Source: Tubiluchus corallicola | Taxonomy: Eukaryota; Animalia; Priapulida | Direction of reading: 5' to 3' | Length of the DNA stretch: 64,000 nt | NCBI GenBank assembly: GCA_030141605.1 | Contig: JAQGDQ010000089.1 | Location: forward strand, 558,001 to 622,000 | In this document: one piece after another, positions 38,682 to 52,917 of the stretch | How the letters are laid out: the number at the start of each line of letters is the position of its first letter | Position numbering within the stretch: the first letter of the stretch is position 1 | The notes under the pieces: generated by a model | Told to the model about the DNA's origin: nothing | Database searches by the model: none | What the model saw: the letters and a program-made list of their open reading frames with translations, nothing else | Made by a program: the position numbers and the translations under genes

Positions 38682-41600
38682 GTTTCGTGCATAATACAGC
38701 AAACGCCACAGAATTCTCTACATGCGTTATGAAGACACTACATTACAAAAACGGCCGATAATGACAACTTGGGCTTCTGAGTCTTTTCTGAACGCCCCGA
38801 ATCGGAAAACAAACTATTAATGAGATGATACTTGATCAAAACGCTCCGTTTGACACATAAATGACCGATTTCACGCGTTAATCACGATGCTAGGAGACAA
38901 GATATATGATCTGATTCCCTAACGCCGTAGTTATTGGGAGAAACCATGGCATTTATATATCAAACGAAGTGCTGCGGATCTAGTGTCGTTTCATCGGTAG
39001 CTTATTTTTTATTCTTGGCGTCTTGAAAAATGGAAATAAGAAAAACTCCTCATTTTTGTAAAAAAAATGTCAATTTATTGTTCAGCAGCACATGGTGTTC
39101 GGGAGGTTTACAGATTTTCAGTTTCCAAAAGGACTCACCTTAATTTTACAAAAATTCGCACAAACAACTTTCAGAAACACTATGTTTTAACTACTTTAGA
39201 GTATCAGGGAAAACTATTTAAAGGGAAAAGAAAGATATGCAGTGTGTGGAAAAAGTTATTTAGAAAAATTTTCACTAGATCAAATTACAATGGCCCATTT
39301 CGGCATTCAAATTTCGTAATTCGCTGTTAAATACCGATTTAACCCTAACAGATAATGAAGTTTTTTAACGCACTATTATCATTACACAAAAGAATTCATA
39401 GTTATTATTAAACAAAAGAGGCTTATCAAGTAAATAACTTACCCTTTTCTGGCGAATTTCGATCGCCGCAAAGATGTTTCGTGTCTTTGGCGCGAGAATG
39501 ACGTACGTAGTACAGAAAGCGTTTTTGATTACCGATGTTTGTAAACCCAACTTTCGTGACCTGGTGACTGTACTCATATCGTCGTTCGTGTCGCGCAACG
39601 AAAATGGCGGTTCTTCAAATTTAATATCGCTAACATTGAAGTTATAAAAATCAAAAGAAACAAGTTTTATTATACGTTTATATTAAAATAAATTGAATAT
39701 TCATAATGAGAGTAGGGATTTTAAGTTGCAAAAGATTATATTATATTGTTATTATTATTATCATTTATTTTTATTTATTATTGTGAGGCCTGGTTTGACT
39801 TTAAGAAATTAGAATGCGCGTATATATTCCTTATGCTGCTTATAGTCTAGCCCTGATGACTGTTGTCTGGTCACCATTGAGAATTAAAACTGCGTAACTA
39901 CGTGCGATATTTGGGCATTTTCAGCAATTCATGACAAAACTGGTAGCGTTTCGAAATAATTGTGAATATATGCGGCTCATGTCTGTTGCTATCTGTTAAC
40001 AAAATTACAATTTGAAAGTCTTGGAAAACTACATGGTGTGCTGAAAATTCAAAAACTATCTGAGTAAGCGGCAGCCGATTATTATTACTCCTTTATTACC
40101 AAGAACAGATTCTGCTCTTTAGTGAAACTGTACACGTAGATTATTGTTCAAGTGTGGGACTACAGTAGATATAGTTACAGTACAGAGAGGGATGTACGAA
40201 TTGTTACACAGTACACACCCTAACTGAGCTCCTCCTAATCGATATCCCGTCTTTTGAACAACGTCTTGCGGCGACTTTATGGAAAACTGAAGACCATATT
40301 GCCCTAAATAGTTTTCGAATATCTCTTCCTACCCGCTGCATTTCTGCCTATTCTTTGGGCCTTTATTCTCTTTCTTTCTCTTTTTCTTTCCTTCACTCTG
40401 TTCCGCTTCTCTTTTCTCTCATTCAGCAAGGGTTGAGACTGTAAAGACGTTCCAGCAATTCACTATGCACGATGAACAGAAAAGCTCGAAGCCGTTTTTC
40501 AAAGTCGCTGAGCATCCTCTCGCTCAAGCTTCAACGTTTGACATTTTCAAGTGTGAAAAAGACGAAGAAAATCCAGCCATTAATTATATTCACAAACTCG
40601 ACAGGATTATAAAAGAAGCGGACGTGACGCACGTCGAGAATTTTGTGACAACGTGTTCGCTTTTAGGATGCATAAACATTCGAAATTGGCGAAATATGCA
40701 ACATCAGAAGAAGAATGACAGGAAGACGACAAAGAAGAAGAAAAAGTAAAAGGAAAAAGAAAAAACCAAAAAAAAAGAACATAAATATAGGTGGCGTCTG
40801 CTAACGGTGATGATGATAACGAGGATAACAAACACGTTGACACTGATAGTGATGATGATTCTGTTCGATGATGATGAATCTCGGCAACAGCTACATTGAA
40901 CAGCTAAAAAGTAAAGGAATTGTTCAATGTTTTGCTCAACAGTTAACACGATAATAAAAAAGGGAAGAAAAGGGTATTCTCTGTTTAAGTGATGAATGAA
41001 TAAAGAAAGACCTGATTACCATTTTGCTCATTGTTTGTATGCTTACCTGTAGTTTACCATTAGTAAGCGTTTGTCGCAATATGCCTGAATTTAGAAGAAT
41101 TATCCAGATTATTTTTGACCTAACTAAGCAAGATAAGCAAATGATCGTTATCAAAAAAGAATTCTGGGTTTCAACGAAACGTAATTCTGAGGTCTCACAC
41201 AGTGTGGCATTCCATCGAACACTTTACACTAATACCATATTCAACTTTTAACAATTCACATCCCTCCCCTGCCGGATGATGAATGCAATCTCCCAAGTGA
41301 AGCCAGAAATGGTTATCGAATTCGTTTCAGTCGAGAAGTCACTGTGATTAGATACAATTTACTTGGCATCCGCTACGATGATGTATTAGTGAAAATAACC
41401 TAGCCTGGCGGAATGAGTGCTTGTAGAACGGTCAGGGGCGGATCCAGAAGGAAACACCACCCTTCTAGTCATAATGTTTCTTTTTGACATGTCTGTCTGC
41501 TTTTACAAAGCATTACTATTCGAATTAAAGTGATTTAGAAGCACAGGAAGCAGTCCAGTTTAAAGAAATAAATCAGGCAAATTTTGCGTTTGTAGTATAA

Positions 41601-42029
41601 AAGCTTACGCAAACGTAAACATAGACGTTCTCGTACTAGAGAGTTATGGAATAGCTGGCAGGTATGTTTTAATTCTTTGGACTGCTCTGCATCTCCTGCA
41701 AAAACGTTTTTTTAATACAGACTAGGTCTTCTGCATTAACGGAAAGTTTCTAGGAGGGATTAGAGATATATCTTTTAGATGAATAAATGACTTCTCGAAG
41801 TTGAATCTGATTCTATATATATATATATATATCGGTTTTTGCGCCTAAACTCTTCATATATTATTACAATAAAATGACAATCCTCCGTGTTAAAGCTATT
41901 TTCAGTATTAAAACACTGTTAAAGGCAAACGCGTCCGGTGCAAAACTATAAACTGCTGGTGCATAAAACCAAAACTAAAAGCAACAATTCAGTATACTCA
42001 TTTACATACAAGGATACAATAGGTAGATA

Positions 42030-42380
42030 ATACAATACAGTTTATGATACAATACGATAAAATGCAATACCGTGCAATACAATACAATACAATACGATAC
42101 GAAACGACACGACACGGCACGACAGGACACGATACGAAACAATACAATTAGAGTTTCATTGTCTCTACGTTGAGCACTTGGTTTATACTAGACCGTCACT
42201 ACAAATGCTCACAGAGAGCAGCAACGGCAACAGCATCGTCATCATCAACGAAAGCAACAGCAGCAGTAGTAGTGGGCAACACTAATAGCTTGATAGTAGC
42301 AACAAATACAACAGTCGCAGCTACAGTAACACTAGCATCATCTGCAGTAACACTAACATCATTAACGACAACAACAAGAA
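42030..42380. repeat. Pentamer (ATACA to ATACG to ACACG) and degenerate GCA/ACA/GTA arrays
   Basis: Directly visible. Confidence 0.85.
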
Positions 42381-44235
42381 AAGCGGATGACTATTTACTA
42401 CCCTAGTTCCTCCTCAGAAAATTTGGATTCGCCACAAAGCTGGCTTCACCTTCCCGTTTCCTTTTTACAGCAAAGCTGTCATTAGGTCTTTTCTGCGCTA
42501 AGCAAAATCATCAAGCTGAGAGCCGCCAGGGTAATTAGCCTCAGTGAGCTTGCTGCTCGAGGTGTAATGACCAAGCAAGAAACTGAAAAACTAGAGGATA
42601 AAATAATTTAATCGACGAAATTCTTAATAAAAAAAACACGGAAAAGAAGAGATTACAAGTTGCATTTGCACATTTGAAAAGTCAAAATTAAAAACAAATC
42701 GTTCATTAACGGCTGTTAATCAATTTGGTGATGGGGGGTGGGGTACAAATGCACAATTAATTAAATTTTGATGCGAAGTTTAAATGACAGGAGTTGTGAA
42801 AAAGTTGGAATTCAGACACGGTTTAAATCGCCTTAGACCGCTAAGTTAGCGTATCCCCGATGAACAAGACAGTCCAAAGTCCATCCATTCTAATTCAGGC
42901 TGCATCCCAACTTTTTCACGTTTCCTATCTCTTAAGTTTGATATCATTAAGACTCAAGATTTAAGAGTTATTTAATACACTTTAAAGCATAAAAAATGCA
43001 CTTCAGTGTTACAGCAAAATTAATTAGAAAAATCACACACACAATACCAACGTATAAGCTTACAGATGCATTTACAAAATCACATCACAACGTACCATGA
43101 CATATAATTGCAAATTTACAAGGAAACTTAGAAACGGTACGCAAAAAGTACGCATTACAGGCCTACATCCTTCCCATAAAAAACATTTTTTTCTTACATT
43201 TTATGCTTAAAATTAATTCATGTATTTTGCAATTTATTGAAATCAGAGCTGTTTCAGATGTTATTGTTAAACAGAGCTGCAACTGATGTTATAAAACTAT
43301 TTTTATATCTACTTCTCACTTTTGGCAGGATGAACTGACATGCTCCTCTATCTGAATAGTGTAAATTTGGCAACATCTTGCAAAACTACTCCCACTTTAA
43401 ATTTGCTTGTGCTGTATTACCTATAAAGAAATTTTAAAAAATCATTATCCAATGATATACAATTATATAAAATCATTACATAAATGGGAAAATAGATTTT
43501 CCTTTTCCACACTACGTCCGGGCCTTTCTAGCTCTAGACTGAAATCCAACACCAACAATTATTTTCCACAGCTAATATCGACTCCCTAGTAGCCATAATG
43601 AAGACATTGGGCGGTTTATGAAATTACAAGTTATCAGTGGGTTAGTATTGACTAGCAATTGTCTGCTTGGCTGCCATGGAAACGTGTTGCTGATGATAGG
43701 ATTTTTGCATATAAATGAGACGTAGCTCTCTTAATGATGACAACTGAGCATGCTTGGTGGTCGTTTGTAGTCTTTAATGTGAGAGAAGACTTTCTGTTTT
43801 TGCATGTTTAGGTAAAATAAAACCTCAGACATTTTGAAACAAAACAAGTGACAATTATTTGCTGCCACTGCTATCTCTGATTACATTAAGTTTTAAAGTT
43901 CTAGAGTTTTGACTTTGTTGTTTGTGAAATTCTGAGATTGTCTGTAACTTTATACGCATATATCAAATAAGCACTTCTAAGGACAGACACTCTTTTTCCC
44001 TTGTTTTTCTATAACTGACATTGAAAACAATTAAGTCACTCTGAGCGTCTACTCGTACAACCAAAATAAATGCATGAAATCTATTTCAGACTGGACTTAA
44101 GTTACAATAGCATTAAACTTGTGCATAACTTAATTAACCTAACTCAGTGAGTTCCCACTTTGCATTTTGTGTCTTTTAGGCTTTTAGCTCCATCTCTGTT
44201 TTTACCACTGTTGTTTCAGTCGGTTCAAAAGCTTC

Positions 44236-44299
44236 TATATCTATCTATTTATCTGTCTGTCTACCTGTCTGTCTGTCTGTCTACCTGCCTATCTATCTA

Positions 44300-44380
<81 letters not shown>

Positions 44381-44574
44381 TCGTCCGCCCGTCCGTCCGT
44401 CCGTCCGTCCGTCTGTCCGTCTCTCCGTACCTCCGTCCCTCCCTACCTCCCTCCCTCCATCCATCCATCCATCCATCCATCCATCCATCCATCCATCCAT
44501 CCATCCATCCATCCATCCATCCATCCATCCATCCATCCATCCATCCATCCATCCATCCATCCCTGTATCTATCT
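44236..44574. repeat. Compound tetranucleotide microsatellite CTAT, CTGT, CCGT, CCCT, CCAT
   Basis: Directly visible. Confidence 0.98.
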
Positions 44575-45439
44575 AGTATTCCGGCCCACTGCAATAATAC
44601 TATAAACGATTGGTCGGTTATTTCCACCACCCGTTGTTTTTTGGGTGGCTTTTATTTCTTTTTTAGAGCACTGTTTTACCTTTTTAGAGCTCTCATTGGC
44701 CGTTTTTAAAAACTCGCACAAATGCGACTATTAATACGCAGAACCCGGGTTCAGCAACGCAATTTTGTTTGTGCTAAATCAGATTATCCTGTTTTGCCAT
44801 TTCCCGTTCCGTTGGTTACCAAGCAATCATGGGATGAGGAGGCTGCGAATGATCTAGCTTCATCAACGTCCTGCTCCATCTTATCTATCCTTGATTCAAT
44901 TTTGTTTGGAGATTTTCCTGTTTCTTAGGGCGGTTCTTGTTCGACGTGCTGTGACGCCTTGCATAGCCAATTGCTGCAGTTACCGCGTAAATACAGCAGT
45001 TGTCGTAAATACATTTTGAGGCCTAAAACTTCTTTCACTTCCATTACTAATTACGTAAACACACAAAAACAATCTCAAATTAGAATGGCTGAAAAACCAC
45101 TAGGACTTGATCTTAAAGCCCGCTGCTTTCCGGCAGCTATGTTAACTATTACGTAACAGGGGCACTCAACTTTTCATACTCTATCCTACAAGATACCAAT
45201 TATCTATCACTTAACCAAGTTTAATTTAATCCGACGATTTCTGTATGCCACAACCAGTAGGCAGGTCAATATTGGTCATTCAGTCCAATTTCAACCACCT
45301 CTCAAATTGCCAACTGCTTCAACTTAGCTATCACTTTTTCGTTTCGTTAACAAGAACAAAATGTTCAAATTACAAAAACCTTCAAATGGGAAACTTACTA
45401 ATTATTATCGTACATTTACATATGAGCATCCAACAGAAG

Positions 45440-45745
45440 TTGAATTTGTGTCAGCGTCCACTCAGGTCTTACACAATGGCAATCTGGGCAATTATAACCA
45501 TCTTCCTTAACAGCACCCCTCAGAATTTTTTTCATGTGTGCTTGGGCACATTGCGCGCCGTAAGCACTTTAGCACAGAACTACTTAAGATGTTAGTGACC
45601 AGAGCCTGACACATTGTCAAGGATGCCCTCTAAGATGAGCTAAAGAACCAGCAGGGATTGAATATACATGTACAACCTATTTCTGCTAGATAAAAAACCA
45701 AAGTTTAAAATGATACCTAGCAAGAGCATCCACGTCATCTGTTTA
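45440..45745 (-). mobile_element. SINE copy C (same family as 8090 and 12690)
   Basis: Minus strand aatccctgctggttctttagctcatcttagag aligns to copies A and B; the downstream cctgagt block is shared with copy A. Confidence 0.5.
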
Positions 45746-47079
45746 ATTCTATTGAATATTGATTTGTTAAACATTAAATAGTACATAATTATTGTCGTGT
45801 TAAACTGCAGTATGTACGCTGCGAAATGAAGAGATTTGCTTCTTGACTGAGAAAGTTTTTGCAGAATGTATGGGTCATCTTTACTGATGACATGCATGTT
45901 AGTACATTAAAAAAGCTAGACTCTAACAGGCAAGAATATAGATTTCTGCAGCTGCGTCTAATCATTTGAAGTCTTGAAGATAAGATGAGAACCCCTGGCT
46001 TTTAACTAAAATTTTTAGTTTTTAATTAAAATTGCTCACCTATTTACAACGTCTTCTTTCGTTGTAAAAGACAACGAGGCATATTATGCTCACAATAGCA
46101 TGGCGTGCAGAAGCTCGTAGAAGAAGTACATGGCTTTTAAAAGAAACCCTGCAAGATTACTGCTTACGCCATCTATTATGTAAAATATCCTCTAGTATAT
46201 AGAATATGTAATGAGGCGATCAGCATAATGACCCGTGTTTCGATCGCACGGCGGTAAAAACTCTCAGATTTTACGAGATTATGCTTTGCTGTTTTATCAC
46301 TGACATTCGTCAACCCTTAGTTGACAAATCGAACGTCATTTGGAAACAGAGATGGTTCTAAAATGGTTTAGGATTTAAAGATCGCAGCATCCTTCTGTCC
46401 TCTTTTCGCATGCTCATTAGAGAGACGCAGTGCAAATCGTTTATAAGCTTATTGATCTCTTTTTTTCTAAATTATTATTATTATGTAGATTGAATCTTTG
46501 GAAAGTGTTGCATGAGGCTGCGCTATTGAAGGCGCAATAAATTGACTTGAATTGATTCAGCTTAGCAACGACAATTATTCTGTTTATCATGTGACCTTCG
46601 TCAAGAAGAATCCTTGCCACTCGAAACCGAGGAATCAATCCGCTTTTCAACAAACATGAGCTTTTCTTCTAAAGTGCAAGAACAAGAAGAGGAGAGTACC
46701 GGAAGCTGGGCGGGAAAAAACCACATTTAATAACACGGAATGACTGAGGAAATATTAACTAATGAAACTGATCATTTCAACAGTGAATTATTTTGATTTT
46801 TTAAGTTAGGCAAAAATGTCATCATAAGCTCTTCTTCGTTAAGTTAGTCAAAGTTGCTACGACTACTCTACCAGATAACTTTTGTTAGTTTGTTAAGTTA
46901 AACCTCTTGTTTTGTAGTTTCAACTGCTGTTTTAAGGTATTGCAATCTAAAAACGTAGCTAGATCGTGAGCAGGGCAAACCTCTGCTGGTGTGGACCATT
47001 CATAAATCAGAAATGACGCCAAGGCAGGATCGAGTGAATGGGCGGGTCAGCCGCTTCGGTACTTACACTGAAATGGTTT

Positions 47080-47310
47080 ATTAACTATACTGACTTTGGT
47101 TGTTTACCGTTTACCTCTAAGTAGTAAATCGTTTAGTTACCGGTAGGGCTGACTGACAATGAGCATTATGTATGTGGTAATGCATTTGCATCTAAAACTC
47201 CCGAACACTTAATCAATAATTGCCCGCTGTTTACATCTAATTTTAGATTGGAACTTAAAACTGGATAATGGGAATGTTCAAGACAAATAGTCATATAGAA
47301 ATCGGAATAA
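47080..47310 (+). mobile_element. LINE 3' end remnant (CCHC finger)
   Basis: R*GLTDNEHYVCGNAFASKTPEHLINNCPLF fits the WG...C.CG...QT.EH...CP C-terminal motif of non-LTR elements; AATAAA follows. Confidence 0.55.
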
Positions 47311-47599
47311 ACGTACACGGAATAAAATGTGTATTAACACGAGAAATAGTTAGACTGGGACTGATTAACAGTTAATTAAGATATCCAATTATATATATAG
47401 ATATTATATATATATATAGCTACCAATGTAAAAACCAGTTGCCACATTTGTTATTACGACTCTATTGGAGTTAAGGACATATGAATCACTTCCAGATGTG
47501 AATCACTTCCTCAACAAGGTAAACAGACAGGATGAAACAGGCAGTCTTCGTTGCAAATTGGCAACTTGCACGTAGGCCAAGAAGCAACCCTGATGTGAT

Positions 47600-48058
47600 A
47601 TAATTGTCCATTGTATAATACTGCTGTTAGAAAATTTTTTAATTATGAATATGGCCCTAGAGCACCCTAGTCATATATGTGTGCAATGAACCGTATTCCA
47701 CATTTCACTGTAATAAGAAAAAAAACTCCATAGAGTATCTTGTAGAGTATCTGGTCAAGAATCAACGGAAAAGGTGATGATTTCATTATTTGTGGTTTTA
47801 ATAATGTATCAGACATATGATATAAGTAAAACTTCGTGTTGCACTGGTTGCAGGTACTTTTATCAGGTTCAATTATATAACCTCTGCGTACAGGATAACT
47901 TTTGCTTTGTAGATAATTTTTTACCCTAATATCTAATTTTATGTGATTTTTTTAGTTATAAATTTTTAACGTTGTGTGTTATAGTTTAAATTTTATTTTA
48001 TGTGTGTATATATTTGTATACGTCATTTACCTGAAATAAACTGATCAATCAATCAATT
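47600..48058 (+). mobile_element. Probable LINE 3' tail
   Basis: YNTAVRKFF-like remnant, TG-rich 3'UTR, AATAAA and (CAAT)n tail. Confidence 0.4.
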
Positions 48059-48799
48059 ACGTATAAATGGTGTATTGTTTAACTGAATTTCTGTTTCCTT
48101 TTGAGGTTTTTTCTACACTCACTTCTCTGTTTCACGCAGTCTAGTTCCATTTGTCTGCGTAAACGACATTTATTTTGATCTCCAATATGCATGTAAATAA
48201 CCTTCTCTTCAAAAGTTTGACACTTCTCTAATTAACATTCGTTCTTCTGGAACGTCTAATGACATTTTGCTGTGATTAAAACTTGAACTAATGAGGGAGT
48301 TAGCGGGCTTCAGTCTCCTCCCTTCAATGGCGTCGGCTTCTCAAACCACAACTAATTAGAGGCAGGGAGTTTCAGGTGTAACGTGTACAAAAGAGTGAAA
48401 CGGGAAACCTTAAAAAGATTCTAATGAAAAAGCCACAATGGTGTTCAGGTAATTAGATGTAGTAATTTAGTGCGTAAATCACGATTCAACTGAACACTGA
48501 CAATGTATTGTTTCAGTACAGGTTAATAATTAGTTCCTTGGCTTTTTAAGTACCGTAAAAAATCAAGTCGTAATTTCACATGATAAATTAAACGTGAGCC
48601 AAAAAGTCAAAAGAGTTCTCAAAGCAGTTTGTATTCAACGCAATTATAACTGAGTTGATTTTTATTTCGGTTTATCAGAATAAATGCCATGGCTTGCAGT
48701 CGAGGAACATGGATCGGATTTTAAAAGCCCCCGTGGAGATAACCTAAGTGATGTAGTGCAGAAAAAGCATAACTCACCTATACTTGATTCGTAAGAATC

Positions 48800-49910
48800 A
48801 GAGAATAGTAAAAATTAGTCCCTGACTCCTAGTGACAGAGGAAAAACTCTGCTATCAACAGTTACTATCGTCTAGGATCATACTAGTAAATCCTACAAAT
48901 GGTGGAGAAAGCCTATACCGAAAAGAATCCCTGGGAAAAAAAGAAGCGAAAGCCTGCTGCTGTTTTTCATTCTCACGGGTTTAAGCAGTAGAAGCCTGTC
49001 GCAAATGATGTTGAATTCAAAGCCTTCAGGATCAAAAACGCCCTGCTGCTATGGGTCAAAGAAGTCAAAGCCTGTCCACAATTGTCTGCTGGGATCAGAA
49101 TACAATCTGCTTCGGCTGAGACTCCAAATTACTCCAAGTAACAAGAAAATTAGCATCCAGCTCATTTTCACGGTCAGAGCAGTAAATTTAGCACTATTTA
49201 TTTACCGTGTTTCGGATGAATGAATCATCTACCATAATTCTAACTGGCATTAGGTCAAATGACATTAAGTTGTTGTGACACATGTTAAACAAATGGTTTT
49301 GGATTATTGTGCTATTAATGCCAATTTTTATTGGAGAGTAGTAAATGCCTTATTCCAGCGACTGAGAAATCACAAAAATTAATCTGCCACAAAATGACTC
49401 CGTGTAGGAACAGCTGCCCCAACTGATTCCTAGTTTCAAAGTAATAAAACTTTTCTCCGACTTGGTCCTGAAAGAGCACCGAAAGACTTGCCTCCACCTG
49501 ACTCAGAGCAGAAAAAGGCCTGCCCCATCTGACTCAGATGATCAGAGTAGAAAAAGGCCTGCACCATCTGACTCAGAGTATCAAAGTTAAAATGATCTGT
49601 TCCTATCTGACAAAAGGAGAGAGTAAAAGCCTGCCCCAACTGACTCTGGGCATCATAGTAGCAAAATCTGCTCCATCTAAATTAGAGGATCAGCGTGGTA
49701 AAAGCTTGACTCACTAATTCATCGGATCAGTGTATAAAAACTTCCCTAACTGACTTCAGGCTCAAAATAGTAAAGGCCTTTTAAAATCATGACTTTGTGG
49801 ACCAATTAAACCTTGCCCTAACTAACATCCAGGATTAGAGTAGTAAAATACTGTTCCCAAAATAACTTGCAGGTCACATAAAAGTAAAAACCTGCCCCCG
49901 ACTGACTTTC
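48800..49910. repeat. Degenerate minisatellite with 35-39 bp unit
   Basis: Consensus approximately gtagtaaaagcctgccccaactgactcagaggatcaga, clearest at 49480-49780. Confidence 0.85.
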
Positions 49911-50631
49911 AGAACGTCGAGTAAATACAAACGCGGCCACTCAGCTCGAGTTTTTGTCTCATTTTCTTGTTTCTTGTAATCACCTTTTCAAGAGAGCCAG
50001 CAGCGCAGTAATGAGTACATTGTGGAAGCCAGTTAAGATGAAGCCAGCTCGTTCCAACGTGTTGACACTGGATATTTGCCATGTCTTTGTATCGTCGACA
50101 GAATACAAAATAAGCGAGTAATTAAATAGTGCAATAATCATGGCAGCACAGTATCAGATGCAAACGTGGCGTCTAACACACAGTAGAGAGTCTTACAAGA
50201 AATATGTGATAATAAAGTTATATTATTTTGCTAGTTCTATTCGTGACCAATAATTCATTTAGTAAGTTAAGCAACGCCACGTCTGAGCAGAGAATAGGTG
50301 AACTATCGCCTAGAAAAATACTTCTTCGAGATTTCGTCTGCTGCACTTGTTCTGGATAATTGATTTCACTGGGGACCCCGTACCATCTGAACTTGTCTAT
50401 GATACGTGTCTCCTGCTTAGCCTCTTATCTCGAACCCACAACTTTAGTGCTAAATTGTCATTACCTTATGTTCGCTTACAATTAGAATAAATCAGAAAAA
50501 TGGAACACAAATGAATAGTTTTCTTTTTGATGACTGTTGGTCTGAATAAAAGGGCCTATCAAATAATATGTACAGCCTCTCTTGCGAGATTTGTAGCATA
50601 CTTCACAACAGATTCTTGGCAGTTATGTTTG

Positions 50632-50681
50632 ACTTACCTGAATGAAAATGAAACATAAAAAGCCCCTGTTCGAGTTAGTCA
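50632..50681 (-). other. Candidate recursive splice site (branch point, polypyrimidine tract, CAG|GTAAGT)
   Basis: Minus strand reads tgactaac tcgaacagggg ctttttatgtttcattttcatt CAG|GTAAGT. Confidence 0.45.
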
Positions 50682-51339
50682 CTTATTATTAGTAAGAAAT
50701 TTACTACACTAAATAAGTATCGTAATGTAAAAACTTCATGTTAAGGTTTTTTATTGCATTATTGGTGCTTGCACTTTTCTTATATTAGTCAGTTATATCT
50801 ATTGACAGCCTTTTTAACTAATTTTATTATTCTAGTAACTGTCAAACTTCTGTTTCTGCTCTGTGTTTTAGTACATTTCCTGCACGTTACTACCCACATT
50901 TGAACCACAACGTATATGTAGAGGAAAGCTCTATTTCGAATCGTTCTGTATCCCAGCATGCATCAGTCTCGCTTAACCGCTTTCATGCTCGCACTAATAA
51001 GCTGTAGCCGGTGAAATGTCAAAGGCGCACCATCATTCATTCTGTACTACAGAGATCATTACCTTTGAAAATCCCTGCAAGTCCTGTCACCCATCTCATT
51101 CACCGAGATCTTGCCATGTAGTTGCGTGATGGATTGTCCAGGATTAGGGCCGCAAGTTGATAGGTAAATATGATAAATGGCGTCAACAATGAAGATATCA
51201 CATTGTCACGCTGTGCTGATTTTCTTTTCCAAGGCTAAATGAAGGATACAGCAACATATTATAATCCAGCAATGTCAGCCACGAACTGCTTATGTTCAGA
51301 AATGTAACAATTAATGGCCGTCATCGCAGCTTATAGTCA

Positions 51340-51910
51340 TACTTACTTACTTACTTACTTACTCGCCCACTGACTGACTGACTGACTGACTGACTGCCTG
51401 CCTGCCTGCCTGACTGACTGACTGACTCACTCACTCACTCACTCACTCTCTCACTCACTTATTTTCATACCTGCTTACTTACTCACTAACTGACTAACTT
51501 ACTTGCTTGCTTGCTTACTTACTTACGTACCAATTACTTAGCCACCCGCTTACTTATTTATTTATTTATTTACTTACTTATTTACGTATGTAGATACACA
51601 TTTAGTTAGTTAGTTACTTACTTGCTTGCTCATTTACTTGCTTACTTGCTTACATACTCACTCACTCACTCACTCACTCACTCACTCACTCACTCACTCA
51701 CTCACTCACTCACTCACTCACTCACTCACTCACTCACTCACTTACTCACTCACTCACTCACTCACTCACTCACTCACTCACTCACTCAACCAACCAACCC
51801 AACCACCCACCCACCTGCTCACTCACTCACTTATTTAATTACCTAATCACGTTTACCAACTTATTTACGTTCTCACTTATTCAGTCATTCACTCACTCAT
51901 TCACTCGCTC
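51340..51910. repeat. Compound tetranucleotide microsatellite (CTTA/CTGA/CTGC/CTCA/CTTG/TTTA/CCAA/CCCA)
   Basis: Directly visible. Confidence 0.98.
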
Positions 51911-52836
51911 GCTTCCGTTGGTAGTATCATCCTTCTATTCTGTCACACTCCCAGAATATAAAATAAGTTTTGTGTCACGTGACCCGACCGGGAAGCCGTT
52001 CAAGTGGAGCAAAACAATCAGACATAAAGTGAAAACGGAAGACAAACATTCAGAAGACAAGTTTTATCTGGCTTCCTACATAATGCACGTGGAGTGGCTT
52101 CAAAGCAAATAAAAACTATCAAGCAGCCTCCTGGAGAGTTGATGACGTCATTGGCAGATAAAGAGGGTGAGCGGGTTGAATTAGACAGAGTATTTCAAGC
52201 AAAGGGAAGAGTGTCAGACTGGAATGATCAATTTAAAGCGGCAAGACATTGTTTTAGTTTCCTAATTAATCTAAAAACACAAGAGGCAAACAACATTTTT
52301 TTCATAATCATTAATTTAACTGAATTTTCCACTATTACGTGTACTTATTATTAGCATTATATTTTGAGTTAAAATTATGATACGCGTAATTGCAAAATAT
52401 AGCAGATTAATTCTTTTTAATTTTGTATTATGAAGGGCTTTATGAAGCTGTGACAGTATTGGTTTAAAATTCTGGCATTCCTCTATGCCACTATATTTTG
52501 GTCTCTGTCTGTAATTAGTCTAGAGTTAACCCGCTTAATTTGCTCACCTCTTCCGCCTCTTCCAAGATCAACCCTTCCATCCATCATGGTTGCATCCAGT
52601 CATTTTGTTGACATAGCAGTTGTTAGAAATGTTTGCGCCGTCGGCTCTCATATTCGCAACAATGATGAAAAACTGAAGGACCTTCAGTTCATATGAATTC
52701 AGTTCGTTAAGTAACAGCGATTGCATGATTTTCCATATTCTCTCTGCCGCCTGTCTGTCTGTCTCTGTCTCTCCCCTTCTCTCTATCTGTTTGTTTCACG
52801 TTTTCTTCTCTGTTTCGTGAAAAGTGCTTCTCTCCG

Positions 52837-52840
<4 letters not shown>

Positions 52841-52914
<74 letters not shown>
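52841..52914. repeat. (TC)n within a pyrimidine-rich tract (52740-53060)
   Basis: Directly visible. Confidence 0.98.

Positions 52915-52917
<3 letters not shown>

Noticed and set aside
46965-47060. GC-rich segment resembling an HDV-like ribozyme next to the LINE remnant
   Set aside because: I could not build the nested double pseudoknot, and the J4/2 catalytic C context is missing (gagtgaa).
48025-48045. tttatttcag|gtaaat as another ratchet site on -
   Set aside because: It is the reverse complement of a LINE-tail poly(A) signal (cctgaaataaa followed by CAAT repeats).
48800-49910. CRISPR-like appearance of the 37-bp periodic array
   Set aside because: Units are contiguous and degenerate with no unique spacers, there are no cas genes, and the context is eukaryotic.
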